Below are positions 24,212 through 39,200 of a stretch of 64,000 nucleotides of DNA, piece by piece. The stretch is from NCBI GenBank assembly GCA_964016885.1, contig OZ024765.1, positions 5,766,001-5,830,000 of the forward strand, in the 5' to 3' direction. The stretch is from Eledone cirrhosa. Its lineage: Eukaryota. The position numbers were made by a program, and so were the translations under genes. Every line of letters begins with the position of its first letter. Position 1 is the first letter of the stretch. A model generated the notes under the pieces. The model was not told the origin of the DNA. It saw only the letters and a program-made list of their open reading frames with translations, and ran no database searches.

Positions 24212-27200
24212 TCATACATATACATCGATACATTCTGTGAGTATGTCTTACTTAAGCAAAAGTCAAGTAATTTGCGGGGAGGAACCAATCCGTTAAATTG
24301 ATCCCAGTACATGACTGGTACTATAAGTTATATGCTCCCAAATCATAAAATTATGGGTTAATCTAAACACTGAGAACACAAAGGTGGGGTAAAATTATTT
24401 TAAAATTGAGGTTTTAATATTTTATCTTTTATTTACAAATTATATGTCTTGGTGTCATATTTAAGGATATAATGTAGTTATTGGTGGAAATAATATAATA
24501 TGTGATGAAGAGGTGTATATAACTGTGGATATAGAATTGTTTTAATCATTATTTTTAACGGACGAAAAAACTACATAATGACTTCTAGTCGGAGTTACGG
24601 GAAATTACGGCAAAGACCCTCCATGAAGATTGAAATATTACACATTATCTATATATAGGAATCAGGCTAAACAATTTACGGGCACGTCGCTCTAAGTTGG
24701 AATATTTTTCACACACACAGACACGGGAGTTAGGTATGGCATATTTCAAATAAGAGAACATTATTACAGACGGAGTCATTGTAGGTTGAAATCATTGTTA
24801 GACCGATCAGAAAGAAAATGGATATTTAATTCATGAAAAAACCTGAAGTGTGAAAGACAGAGTCGACCTTTTCTAGTAACAACACTAAGAAACCCATGAA
24901 CGCCACCACGTCCTAAATCTAACTCTGCGATCGTCATATCAAATCGAAATACTTCACCAACTGTGGAAGATGAAGGATTGAAGAACTATGATATATAGCG
25001 AAGAGGCTTGTCTCCAGAACATTTAGTAAGGTGTAAGCCAAGGGTTGCCAAATATTTTGGCGTCATTTCCCACATTCACATGAAAAAATGTTCCACCAGC
25101 CACCTGTATAGTAAATATTCCAAAGTATACCAAATATGTTTCGTAAATGTTTGTTCCTGGTTTAATTTTCCCAATTAGCTTCCTGATTTTTATTCAGGTT
25201 CTTTGCATATATTCCTTGAATAGGTTTTCGGGTAGCATACCTTCTTAAATCTCAAAATTCTATATCGGCCACCAAAGTTTCCAATGGCCCTCAATTTTCT
25301 GTTCAGCTGCTCATCGCCCACCCAACCGTTGAAACCGCCCAGTTGAGGAACCCCTGTGGGTAAGCTACCTCGAATGATGCTATATATTAATCGAGAGGAG
25401 GAGGTGACTATTATAATTTTTATAAGTAATAATCTTTTAAAGACAAGAGGAAATTTCATCATTAAAATCATAAATATATGTCTACAGAATACAGATTATC
25501 AAAATGAAATTAAAACAAGTAAATCAGGGGCCACTAAACTTTACTTATTTAGTTTTATTTCTATCGTGAAAAATGTTGATCTTCAGATATTAGATTATGG
25601 CGGCTGTAATTGTCTTTGTGTTTACGTGTTTGTTTGAAATCCTATTTTAATGTTCGTCTCTCTTTAAACATCGTTTATAGTTTGTTAAAATTAATTTTAG
25701 ATTATTCGTACCTCGTCTGTGTGGTTTATTTTGATGTAGCGTCCCTGTCTTGTTTATTTTTGGTTACATTTTAAATGTGAAATACAGGAACATCAGACAT
25801 TAAAATGAAATGTTACGTAAAACACACACCTTGTGTTTATTCCAGGTATTTAGATAGATGTCGAGATGTCCACTGACAACAAAATAATACAATCATCCAG
25901 TGAAACTTGGTAATAATCCAGGTTCGTTGCAGTCACCATTCACAGTAAACAATGGTTCTTGAAAGAATCAAAAACAAAAACAAAAGACGTATTCAGCAGT
26001 TAATGAAGTGAAAACAAAATAAAAACAACTTTACTGAATAAAATTCATTTCTTAATTTCAATAAGGTTTTTTGTTCTTTCTTTTATAAAAAAAATAAATT
26101 TTAATTAAAATATGTTGAATATAATATGGGACATTACTACAAAGTACAGCATTATTAGTTCAAATCTTACTTAATAAAAGAAACAAATACGCAGTTATTA
26201 GTATAAAACCTAACGGAAATCGAACCCTAAATCAGGCTCTCCACCGTCTCTAGTGCTTACCATTAGGCCACAGGGATGGTTACAAAAATTTTTTGAAAAT
26301 TAATATTTACTTACCTATACTAGAAAAAACCGGAAATGGAGAAAATTGAAAAACTTCTTCTTTTTCTTCCTCTGATTTTTGCCACGAACGATAACTCGTC
26401 TCTGACTTAAATCCAAATTTTGGATAAAAAAAAAATCAGAGGAAGAAAAAGAAGATGTTTTTCAATTTTCTCCACTTCCGGTTTATTCTAGTAATGAAAA
26501 AGTAGGTTTATAAATATCAATTTTCAGTAAGTTTCTGTAACCGTCCCTTTAGCCTAGTGGTAAGTATAAGAGCCGGTGGAGGTCCAGGTCCGGGGTTCAA
26601 TCACTGGCAGTGTGTCGTATTATATTTTTTATAGTATAAAACAAAAATAAAAAAGTAACTTTATAAGTATCAATTTTCACACTGTTTTTATATCTGTCTC
26701 CGTGGCCTAATGGTAGGTATTAGAGACGGTGGAGAACCTGCTCTGGGTTTCGATTTCAGTCAAAGTCTATAGATAATAATTTCATTTTTTACTTTACTAG
26801 AGAAAAATATATAGTACAGATTCGGACTGAGATTGAACACCACATCAGTGTCTACATAGTCTCTAACACCTACCAAACAGATACAAGAACATAAGAAAAA
26901 ATTAATATTTATAAACCTACTTTTAATTTCCAAGCAAAATAGATGTGCTGGCGTTCATGGCTTTCTCATTGTTATTTCTACTATAATCGGGTCAATGTTT
27001 ACATTTATTCTTCTGGGGCTTTCATAAAATATATTTTCACTTTCTTTCGGGTTCATTAGATCCTACAACCAGATGATCTACAGGGACCTTCTTCATGGTC
27101 ATAGCTGATTATTAAATATATACGGGAGAGTGTGTGTGTGTGTGTGTGTGTATTAGATCTTGCCGTGATGTACTCAGCAATAATGGTTTTCAATTCCGTC

Positions 27201-30200
27201 GTCCCTCCATCCTTGGTGTGTATATAAATATATATGTGATTTTAACGTACAACGGCGACAATATATAAATTTGTTTTGTTTGATAATAATTAGATAAAGC
27301 TAATTCTACAACCCCTGTTAAACATTGAAACCACGACTATAAAATATAGCAACAACCACGACATAACAGTCTCTGGTTAAATATGATTTAATGAAATTAT
27401 TGCTAGAGATTGATCCCTAATATTTTATCTCACTCCTTAACCAGGGAGGAAAGGTCCTCAGACTCGGACAATGTTGATAAGGAGAGCAGAGTGTATCCTT
27501 ATTTGTCACGTCTTTCCAGTTGTCACGGTATATAAAAGGCAGTAGTACTAGTCACTCCTGCGAAAGACGTTGTCAGTTAGCCTTCTGTAACGAGAGAAGA
27601 AGGTCGTGGCTTTTTTTTTCCTCCCTATCACATAATTCATACATTTGTCATCCTTTAGATATCAATATACAAGAGAAAGAAGAAAATTGAGAACTTCGAT
27701 CTTTTAAAAGTAACATTTATTACATTAGAGCAAAATCTTGCATTAACAATATTTTGTGAGGCTAAAACATGGAATGGACAAAGAGATTATTAGAAGAAGG
27801 GCAATTGTCTCTATCTTAAACGTCAATACATTCTACAGAAAATCGAAATGAGAATAATTACAGAGATACTTTACAAAATGTTTCGCGATATGGTTCAAGT
27901 TATTTTGTAGTAATATGCAGCTATATTTATACATGTCTCTTATACCCCTCCACGAGGAATTGTGAATATGTATGAATATGATTTTAAAGATGGCTAAACA
28001 TGTTGAAGAAAAAAAAGGAATTCAGATGATAGGAATAATAAAACATTCCTTTGCCTAGCTAAATGTCGAGAGGTCTAAAACACTAGTTGAATGATATGTG
28101 TGATACGACCTAGAATATTGTTTTGGGGCATGGTCAGACGACTTCAGAAAATACGGAGAAGCTATTGAAGGAATCCAGAAAAGAACAAAACAGAAAACAC
28201 CAGAATTATTAAGAAATCTGTCTTCTGAAGAAAGATGTTAAACTTTAGGGATTGCAAATTTAGAGGAGATAAATCTAAGAGGGTGGGGGGGGGGACATGA
28301 TAGAAATATATATTTAAAGGACTAATATTTAAATAGTAGTACACTATTCCAATGTAAAGCTCTGAATAACTATATCTTTCGGGGAGATATATCAAACGAG
28401 TGACATGATAGAAATATTTAAAATAATGAAAAGACTACAATATACAGTATTGCAGAAGTAAATGAAAATATAAGAAGACATCACCATTGAACTGCAGATG
28501 AAAGTCAGTACTCTTTACATTTATCCCAGGTATATAGAAAGCTATCCTGATGTCCACTGATTGAAATATAAAACAATAAAGAAACACCACAATCCAGTAA
28601 ACCTTAGTAATAATCCAATTAAGCCGCCATTTACAGTAGAAAATAGTAAGAAAAACAAAGTCACACTCAGAAGTTAATGCAGTGAAAACAATAAAAATAT
28701 TATTAATAAATAATAATAATTTCATTTCATATTATCATTAAATTGTTTGTCTATTTTTATTGTAAACATAAAATATACTAATATATATATACATTCATAC
28801 ATATACATCGATACATTCTGTGAGTATGTCTTACTTAGGCAAAAATCAAGTAATTTGCGGGGAGGAACCAATCCGTTAAATTGATCCCAGTACATGACTG
28901 GTACTATAAGTTATATGCTCCAAAATCATAAAATTATGGGTTAATCTAAACACTGAGAACACAAAGGTGGGGTAAAATTATTTAAAAATTGAGGTTTTAA
29001 TATTTTATCTTTTATTTACAAATTATATGTCTTGGTGTCATATTTAAGGATATAATGTAGTTATTGGTGGAAATAATATAATATGTGATGAAGAGGTGTA
29101 TATAACTGTGGATATAGAATTGTTTTAATCATTATTTTTAACGGACGAAAAAACTACATAATGACTTCTAGTCGGAGTTACGGGAAATTACGGCAAAGAC
29201 CCTCCATGAAGGTTCAAATATTACACATTATCTATATATAGGAATCGGGCTAAACAATTTACGGGCACGTCGCTCTAAGTTGGAATATTTTTCACACACA
29301 CAGACACGGGAGTTAGGTATGGCATATTTCAAATAAGAGAACATTATTACAGACGGAGTCATTGTAGGTTGAAATCATTGTTAGACCGATCAGAAAGAAA
29401 ATGGATATTTAATTCATGAAAAAACCTGAAGTGTGAAAGACAGAGTCGACCCTTTCTAGTAACAACACTAAGAAACCCATGAACGCCACCACGTCCTAAA
29501 TCTAACTCTGCGATCGTCATATCAAATCGAAATACTTCACCAACTGTGGAAGATGAAGGATTGAAGAACTATGATATATAGCGAAGAGGCTTGTCTCCAG
29601 AACATTTAGTAAGGTGTAAGCCAAGGGTTGCCAAATATTTTGGCGTCATTTCCCACATTCACATGAAAAAATGTTCCACCAGCCACCTGTATAGTAAATA
29701 TTTCAAAGTATACCAAATATGTTTCGTAAATGTTTGTTCCTGGTTTAATTTTCCCAATTAGCTTCCTGATTTTTATTCAGGTTCTTTGCATATATTCCTT
29801 GAATAGGTTTTCGGGTAGCATACCTTCTTAAATCTCAAAATCCTATATCGGCCACCAAAGTTTCCAATGGCCCTCAATTTTCTGTTCAGCTGCTCATCGC
29901 CCACCCAACAGTTGAAACCGCCCAGTTGAGGAACCCCTGTGGGTAAGCTACCTCGAATGATGCTATATATTAATCGAGAGGAGGAGGTGACTATTATAAT
30001 TTTTATAAGTAATAATCTTTTAAAGACAAGAGGAAAAAATTCATCATTAAAATCATAAATATATGTCTACAGAATACAGATTATCAAAATGAAATTAAAA
30101 GCAAGTAAATCAGGGGCCACTATACTTTACATATTTAGTTTTATTTCTATCGTGAAAAATGTTGATCTTCAGATATTAGATTATGGCGGCTGTAATTGTC

Positions 30201-33200
30201 TTTGTGTTTACGTGTTTGTTTGAAATCCTATTTTAATGTTCGTCTCTCTTTAAACATCGTTTATAGTTTGTTAAAATTAATTTTAGATTATTCGTACCTC
30301 GTCTGTGTGGTTTATTTTGATGTAGCGTCCCTGTCTTGTTTATTTTTGGTTACATTTTAAATGTGAAATACAGGAACATCAGACATTAAAATGAAATGTT
30401 ACGTAAAACACACACCTTGTGTTTATTCCAGGTATTTAGATAGATGTCCAGATGTCCACTGACAACAAAATAATACAATCATCCAGTGAAACTTGGTAAT
30501 AATCCAGGTTCGTTGCAGTCACCATTCACAGTAAACAATGGTTAGAAAGAATCAAAAACAAAAACAAAAGACGTATTCAGCAGTTAATGAAGTGAAAACA
30601 AAATAAAAACAACTTTACTGAATAAAATTCATTTCTTAATTTCAATAAGGTTTTTTGTTCTTTCTTTTATAAAAAAAATAAATTTTAATTAAAATATGTT
30701 GAATATAATATGGGACATTACTACAAAGTACAGCATTATTAGTTCAAATCTTACTTAATAAAAGAAACAAATACGCAGTTATTAGTATAAAACCTAACGG
30801 AAATCGAACCCTAAATCAGGATCTCCACCGTCTCTAGTGCTTACCATTAGGCCACAGGGATGGTTACAAAAATTTTTTGAAAATTAGTATTTACTTACCT
30901 ATACTAGAAAAAACCGGAAGTGGAGAAAATTGAAAAACTTCTTCTTTTTCTTCCTCTGATTTTTGCCACGAACGATAACTCGTCTCTGACTTAAATCCAA
31001 ATTTTGGATAAAAAAAAATCAGAGGAAGAAAAAGAAGATGTTTTTCAATTTTCTCCACTTCCGGTTTTTTCTAGTAATGAAAAAGTAGGTTTATAAATAT
31101 CAATTTTTAAGTAAGTTTCTGTAACCGTCCCTTTAGCTTAGTGGTAAGTATAAGAGCCGGTGGAGGTCCAGGTCCGGGGTTCAATCACTGGCAGTGTGTC
31201 GTACTATATTTTTTATAGTATAAAACAAAAATAAAAAAGTAACTTTATAAATATTAATTTTCACACTGTTTTTATATCTGTCTCCGTTGCCTAATGGTAG
31301 GTATTAGAGACGGTGGAGAACCTGCTCTGGGTTTCGATTTCAGTCAAAGTCTATAGATAATAATTTCATTTTTTACTTTACTAGAGAAAAATATATAGTA
31401 CAGATTCGGACTGAGATTGAACACCACATCAGTGTCTACATAGTCTCTAACACCTACCAAACAGATACAAGAACATAAGAAAAAATTAATATTTATAAAC
31501 CTACTTTTAATTTCCAAGCAAAATAGATGTGCTGGCGTTCATGGCTTTCTCATTGTTATTTCTACTATAATCGGGTCAATGTTTACATTTATTCTTCTGG
31601 GGCTTTCATAAAATATATTTTCACTTTCTTTCGGGTTCATTAGATCCTACAACCAGATGATCTACAGGGACCTTCTTCATGGTCATAGCTGATTATTAAA
31701 TATATACGGGAGAGTGTGTGTGTGTGTGTGTGTATTAGATCTTGCCGTGATGTACTCAGCAATAATGGTTTTCAATTCCGTCGTCCCTCCATCCTTGGTG
31801 TGTATATAAATATATATGTGATTTTAACGTACAACGGCGACAATATATAAATTTGTTTTGTTTGATAATAATTAGATAAAGCTAATTCTACAACCCCTGT
31901 TAAACATTGAAACCACGACTATAAAATATAGCAACAACCACGACATAACAGTCTCTGGTTAAATATGATTTAATGAAATTATTGCTAGAGATTGATCCCT
32001 AATATTTTATCTCACTCCTTAACCAGGGAGGAAAGGTCCTCAGACTCGGACAATGTTGATAAGGAGAGCAGAGTGTATCCTTATTTGTCACGTCTTTCCA
32101 GTTGTCACGGTATATAAAAGGCAGTAGTACTAGTCACTCCTGCGAAAGACGTTGTCAGTTAGCCTTCTGTAACGAGAGAAGAAGGTCGTGGCTTTTTTTT
32201 CCTCCCTATCACATAATTCATACATTTGTCATCCTTTAGATATCAATATACAAGAGAAAGAAGAAAATTGAGAACTTCGATCTTTTAAAAGTAACATTTA
32301 TTACATTAGAGCAAAATCTTGCATTAACAATATTTTGTGAGGCTAAAACATGGAATGGACAAAGAGATTATTAGAAGAAGGGCAATTGTCTCTATCTTAA
32401 ACGTCAATACATTCTACAGAAAATCGAAATGAGAATAATTACAGAGATACTTTACAAAATGTTTCGCGATATGGTTCAAGTTATTTTGTAGTAATATGCA
32501 GCTATATTTATACATGTCTCTTATACCCCTCCACGAGGAATTGTGAATATGTATGAATATGATTTTAAAGATGGCTAAACATGTTGAGGAAAAAAAGGAA
32601 TTCAGATGATAGGAATAATAAAACATTCCTTTGCCTAGCTAAATGTCGAGAGGTCTAAAACACTAGTTGAATGATATGTGTGATACGACCTAGAATATTG
32701 TTTTGGGGCATGGTCAGACGACTTCAGAAAATACGGAGAAGCTATTGAAGGAATCCAGAAAAGAACAAAACAGAAAACACCAGAATTATTAAGAAATCTG
32801 TCTTCTGAAGAAAGATGTTAAACTTTAGGGATTGCAAATTTAGAGGAGATAAATCTAAGAGGGTGGGGGGGGGGGGGACATGATAGAAATATATATTTAA
32901 AGGACTAATATTTAAATAGTAGTACACTATTCCAATGTAAAGCTCTGAATAACTATATCTTTCGGGGAGATATATCAAACGAGTGACATGATAGAAATAT
33001 TTAAAATAATGAAAAGACTACAATATACAGTATTGCAGAAGTAAATGAAAATATAAGAAGACATCACCATTGAACTGCAGATGAAAGTCAGTACTCTTTA
33101 CATTTATCCCAGGTATATAGAAAGCTATCCTGATGTCCACTGATTGAAATATAAAACAATAAAGAAACACCACAATCCAGTAAACCTTAGTAATAATCCA

Positions 33201-36200
33201 ATTAAGCCGCCATTTACAGTAGAAAATAGTAAGAAAAACAAAGTCACACTCAGAAGTTAATGCAGTGAAAACAATAAAAATATTATTAATAAATAATAAT
33301 AATTTCATTTCATATTATCATTAAATTGTTTGTCTATTTTTATTGTAAACATAAAATATACTAATATATATATACATTCATACATATACATCGATACATT
33401 CTGTGAGTATGTCTTACTTAGGCAAAAGTCAAGTAATTTGCGGGGAGGAACCAATCCGTTAAATTGATCCCAGTACATGACTGGTACTATAAGTTATATG
33501 CTCCAAAATCATAAAATTATGGGTTAATCTAAACACTGAGAACACAAAGGTGGGGTAAAATTATTTAAAAATTGAGGTTTTAATATTTTATCTTTTATTT
33601 ACAAATTATATGTCTTGGTGTCATATTTAAGGATATAATGTAGTTATTGGTGGAAATAATATAATATGTGATGAAGAGGTGTATATAACTGTGGATATAG
33701 AATTGTTTTAATCATTATTTTTAACGGACGAAAAAACTACATAATGACTTCTAGTCGGAGTTACGGGAAATTACGGCAAAGACCCTCCATGAAGGTTCAA
33801 ATATTACACATTATCTATATATAGGAATCGGGCTAAACAATTTACGGGCACGTCGCTCTAAGTTGGAATATTTTTCACACACACAGACACGGGAGTTAGG
33901 TATGGCATATTTCAAATAAGAGAACATTATTACAGACGGAGTCATTGTAGGTTGAAATCATTGTTAGACCGATCAGAAAGAAAATGGATATTTAATTCAT
34001 GAAAAAACCTGAAGTGTGAAAGACAGAGTCGACCCTTTCTAGTAACAACACTAAGAAACCCATGAACGCCACCACGTCCTAAATCTAACTCTGCGATCGT
34101 CATATCAAATCGAAATACTTCACCAACTGTGGAAGATGAAGGATTGAAGAACTATGATATATAGCGAAGAGGCTTGTCTCCAGAACATTTAGTAAGGTGT
34201 AAGCCAAGGGTTGCCAAATATTTTGGCGTCATTTCCCACATTCACATGAAAAAATGTTCCACCAGCCACCTGTATAGTAAATATTTCAAAGTATACCAAA
34301 TATGTTTCGTAAATGTTTGTTCCTGGTTTAATTTTCCCAATTAGCTTCCTGATTTTTATTCAGGTTCTTTGCATATATTCCTTGAATAGGTTTTCGGGTA
34401 GCATACCTTCTTAAATCTCAAAATTCTATATCGGCCACCAAAGTTTCCAATGGCCCTCAATTTTCTGTTCAGCTGCTCATCGCCCACCCAACAGTTGAAA
34501 CCGCCCAGTTGAGGAACCCCTGTGGGTAAGCTACCTCGAATGATGCTATATATTAATCGAGAGGAGGAGGTGACTATTATAATTTTTATAAGTAATAATC
34601 TTTTAAAGACAAGAGGAAAAAATTCATCATTAAAATCATAAATATATGTCTACAGAATACAGATTATCAAAATGAAATTAAAAGCAAGTAAATCAGGGGC
34701 CACTAAACTTTACATATTTAGTTTTATTTCTATCGTGAAAAATGTTGATCTTCAGATATTAGATTATGGCGGCTGTAATTGTCTTTGTGTTTACGTGTTT
34801 GTTTGAAATCCTATTTTAATGTTCGTCTCTCTTTAAACATCGTTTATAGTTTGTTAAAATTAATTTTAGATTATTCGTACCTCGTCTGTGTGGTTTATTT
34901 TGATGTAGCGTCCCTGTCTTGTTTATTTTTGGTTACATTTTAAATGTGAAATACAGGAACATCAGACATTAAAATGAAATGTTACGTAAAACACACACCT
35001 TGTGTTTATTCCAGGTATTTAGATAGATGTCCAGATGTCCACTGACAACAAAATAATACAATCATCCAGTGAAACTTGGTAATAATCCAGGTTCGTTGCA
35101 GTCACCATTCACAGTAAACAATGGTTAGAAAGAATCAAAAACAAAAACAAAAGACGTATTCAGCAGTTAATGAAGTGAAAACAAAATAAAAACAACTTTA
35201 CTGAATAAAATTCATTTCTTAATTTCAATAAGGTTTTTTGTTCTTTCTTTTATAAAAAAAATAAATTTTAATTAAAATATGTTGAATATAATATGGGACA
35301 TTACTACAAAGTACAGCATTATTAGTTCAAATCTTACTTAATAAAAGAAACAAATACGCAGTTATTAGTATAAAACCTAACGGAAATCGAACCCTAAATC
35401 AGGATCTCCACCGTCTCTAGTGCTTACCATTAGGCCACAGGGACGGTTACAAAAATTTTTTGAAAATTAGTATTTACTTACCTATACTAGAAAAAACCGG
35501 AAGTGGAGAAAATTGAAAAACTTCTTCTTTTTCTTCCTCTGATTTTTGCCACGAACGATAACTCGTCTCTGACTTAAATCCAAATTTTGGATAAAAAAAA
35601 ATCAGAGGAAGAAAAAGAAGATGTTTTTCAATTTTCTCCACTTCCGGTTTTTTCTAGTAATGAAAAAGTAGGTTTATAAATATCAATTTTTAAGTAAGTT
35701 TCTGTAACCGTCCCTTTAGCCTAGTGGTAAGTATAAGAGCCGGTGGAGGTCCAGGTCCGGGGTTCAATCACTGGCAGTGTGTCGTACTATATTTTTTATA
35801 GTATAAAACAAAAATAAAAAAGTAACTTTATAAATATTAATTTTCACACTGTTTTTATATCTGTCTCCGTTGCCTAATGGTAGGTATTAGAGACGGTGGA
35901 GAACCTGCTCTGGGTTTCGATTTCAGTCAAAGTCTATAGATAATAATTTCATTTTTTACTTTACTAGAGAAAAATATATAGTACAGATTCGGACTGAGAT
36001 TGAACACCACATCAGTGTCTACATAGTCTCTAACACCTACCAAACAGATACAAGAACATAAGAAAAAATTAATTTTTATAAACCTACTTTTAATTTCCAA
36101 GCAAAATAGATGTGCTGGCGTTCATGGCTTTCTCATTGTTATTTCTACTATAATCGGGTCAATGTTTACATTTATTCTTCTGGGGCTTTCATAAAATATA

Positions 36201-39200
36201 TTTTCACTTTCTTTCGGGTTCATTAGATCCTACAACCAGATGATCTACAGGGACCTTCTTCATGGTCATAGCTGATTATTAAATATATACGGGAGAGTGT
36301 GTGTGTGTGTGTGTGTGTATTAGATCTTGCCGTGATGTACTCAGCAATAATGGTTTTCAATTCCGTCGTCCCTCCATCCTTGGTGTGTATATAAATATAT
36401 ATGTGATTTTAACGTACAACGGCGACAATATATAAATTTGTTTTGTTTGATAATAATTAGATAAAGCTAATTCTACAACCCCTGTTAAACATTGAAACCA
36501 CGACTATAAAATATAGCAACAACCACGACATAACAGTCTCTGGTTAAATATGATTTAATGAAATTATTGCTAGAGATTGATCCCTAATATTTTATCTCAC
36601 TCCTTAACCAGGGAGGAAAGGTCCTCAGACTCGGACAATGTTGATAAGGAGAGCAGAGTGTATCCTTATTTGTCACGTCTTTCCAGTTGTCACGGTATAT
36701 AAAAGGCAGTAGTACTAGTCACTCCTGCGAAAGACGTTGTCAGTTAGCCTTCTGTAACGAGAGAAGAAGGTCGTGGCTTTTTTTTCCTCCCTATCACATA
36801 ATTCATACATTTGTCATCCTTTAGATATCAATATACAAGAGAAAGAAGAAAATTGAGAACTTCGATCTTTTAAAAGTAACATTTATTACATTAGAGCAAA
36901 ATCTTGCATTAACAATATTTTGTGAGGCTAAAACATGGAATGGACAAAGAGATTATTAGAAGAAGGGCAATTGTCTCTATCTTAAACGTCAATACATTCT
37001 ACAGAAAATCGAAATGAGAATAATTACAGAGATACTTTACAAAATGTTTCGCGATATGGTTCAAGTTATTTTGTAGTAATATGCAGCTATATTTATACAT
37101 GTCTCTTATACCCCTCCACGAGGAATTGTGAATATGTATGAATATGATTTTAAAGATGGCTAAACATGTTGAAGAAAAAAAAGGAATTCAGATGATAGGA
37201 ATAATAAAACATTCCTTTGCCTAGCTAAATGTCGAGAGGTCTAAAACACTAGTTGAATGATATGTGTGATACGACCTAGAATATTGTTTTGGGGCATGGT
37301 CAGACGACTTCAGAAAATACGGAGAAGCTATTGAAGGAATCCAGAAAAGAACAAAACAGAAAACACCAGAATTATTAAGAAATCTGTCTTCTGAAGAAAG
37401 ATGTTAAACTTTAGGGATTGCAAATTTAGAGGAGATAAATCTAAGAGGGTGGGGGGGGGGGACATGATAGAAATATATATTTAAAGGACTAATATTTAAA
37501 TAGTAGTACACTATTCCAATGTAAAGCTCTGAATAACTATATCTTTCGGGGAGATATATCAAACGAGTGACATGATAGAAATATTTAAAATAATGAAAAG
37601 ACTACAATATACAGTATTGCAGAAGTAAATGAAAATATAAGAAGACATCACCATTGAACTGCAGATGAAAGTCAGTACTCTTTACATTTATCCCAGGTAT
37701 ATAGAAAGCTATCCTGATGTCCACTGATTGAAATATAAAACAATAAAGAAACACCACAATCCAGTAAACCTTAGTAATAATCCAATTAAGCCGCCATTTA
37801 CAGTAGAAAATAGTAAGAAAAACAAAGTCACACTCAGAAGTTAATGCAGTGAAAACAATAAAAATATTATTAATAAATAATAATAATTTCATTTCATATT
37901 ATCATTAAATTGTTTGTCTATTTTTATTGTAAACATAAAATATACTAATATATATATACATTCATACATATACATCGATACATTCTGTGAGTATGTCTTA
38001 CTTAGGCAAAAGTCAAGTAATTTGCGGGGAGGAACCAATCCGTTAAATTGATCCCAGTACATGACTGGTACTATAAGTTATATGCTCCAAAATCATAAAA
38101 TTATGGGTTAATCTAAACACTGAGAACACAAAGGTGGGGTAAAATTATTTAAAAATTGAGGTTTTAATATTTTATCTTTTATTTACAAATTATATGTCTT
38201 GGTGTCATATTTAAGGATATAATGTAGTTATTGGTGGAAATAATATAATATGTGATGAAGAGGTGTATATAACTGTGGATATAGAATTGTTTTAATCATT
38301 ATTTTTAACGGACGAAAAAACTACATAATGACTTCTAGTCGGAGTTACGGGAAATTACGGCAAAGACCCTCCATGAAGGTTCAAATATTACACATTATCT
38401 ATATATAGGAATCGGGCTAAACAATTTACGGGCACGTCGCTCTAAGTTGGAATATTTTTCACACACACAGACACGGGAGTTAGGTATGGCATATTTCAAA
38501 TAAGAGAACATTATTACAGACGGAGTCATTGTAGGTTGAAATCATTGTTAGACCGATCAGAAAGAAAATGGATATTTAATTCATGAAAAAACCTGAAGTG
38601 TGAAAGACAGAGTCGACCCTTTCTAGTAACAACACTAAGAAACCCATGAACGCCACCACGTCCTAAATCTAACTCTGCGATCGTCATATCAAATCGAAAT
38701 ACTTCACCAACTGTGGAAGATGAAGGATTGAAGAACTATGATATATAGCGAAGAGGCTTGTCTCCAGAACATTTAGTAAGGTGTAAGCCAAGGGTTGCCA
38801 AATATTTTGGCGTCATTTCCCACATTCACATGAAAAAATGTTCCACCAGCCACCTGTATAGTAAATATTTCAAAGTATACCAAATATGTTTCGTAAATGT
38901 TTGTTCCTGGTTTAATTTTCCCAATTAGCTTCCTGATTTTTATTCAGGTTCTTTGCATATATTCCTTGAATAGGTTTTCGGGTAGCATACCTTCTTAAAT
39001 CTCAAAATTCTATATCGGCCACCAAAGTTTCCAATGGCCCTCAATTTTCTGTTCAGCTGCTCATCGCCCACCCAACAGTTGAAACCGCCCAGTTGAGGAA
39101 CCCCTGTGGGTAAGCTACCTCGAATGATGCTATATATTAATCGAGAGGAGGAGGTGACTATTATAATTTTTATAAGTAATAATCTTTTAAAGACAAGAGG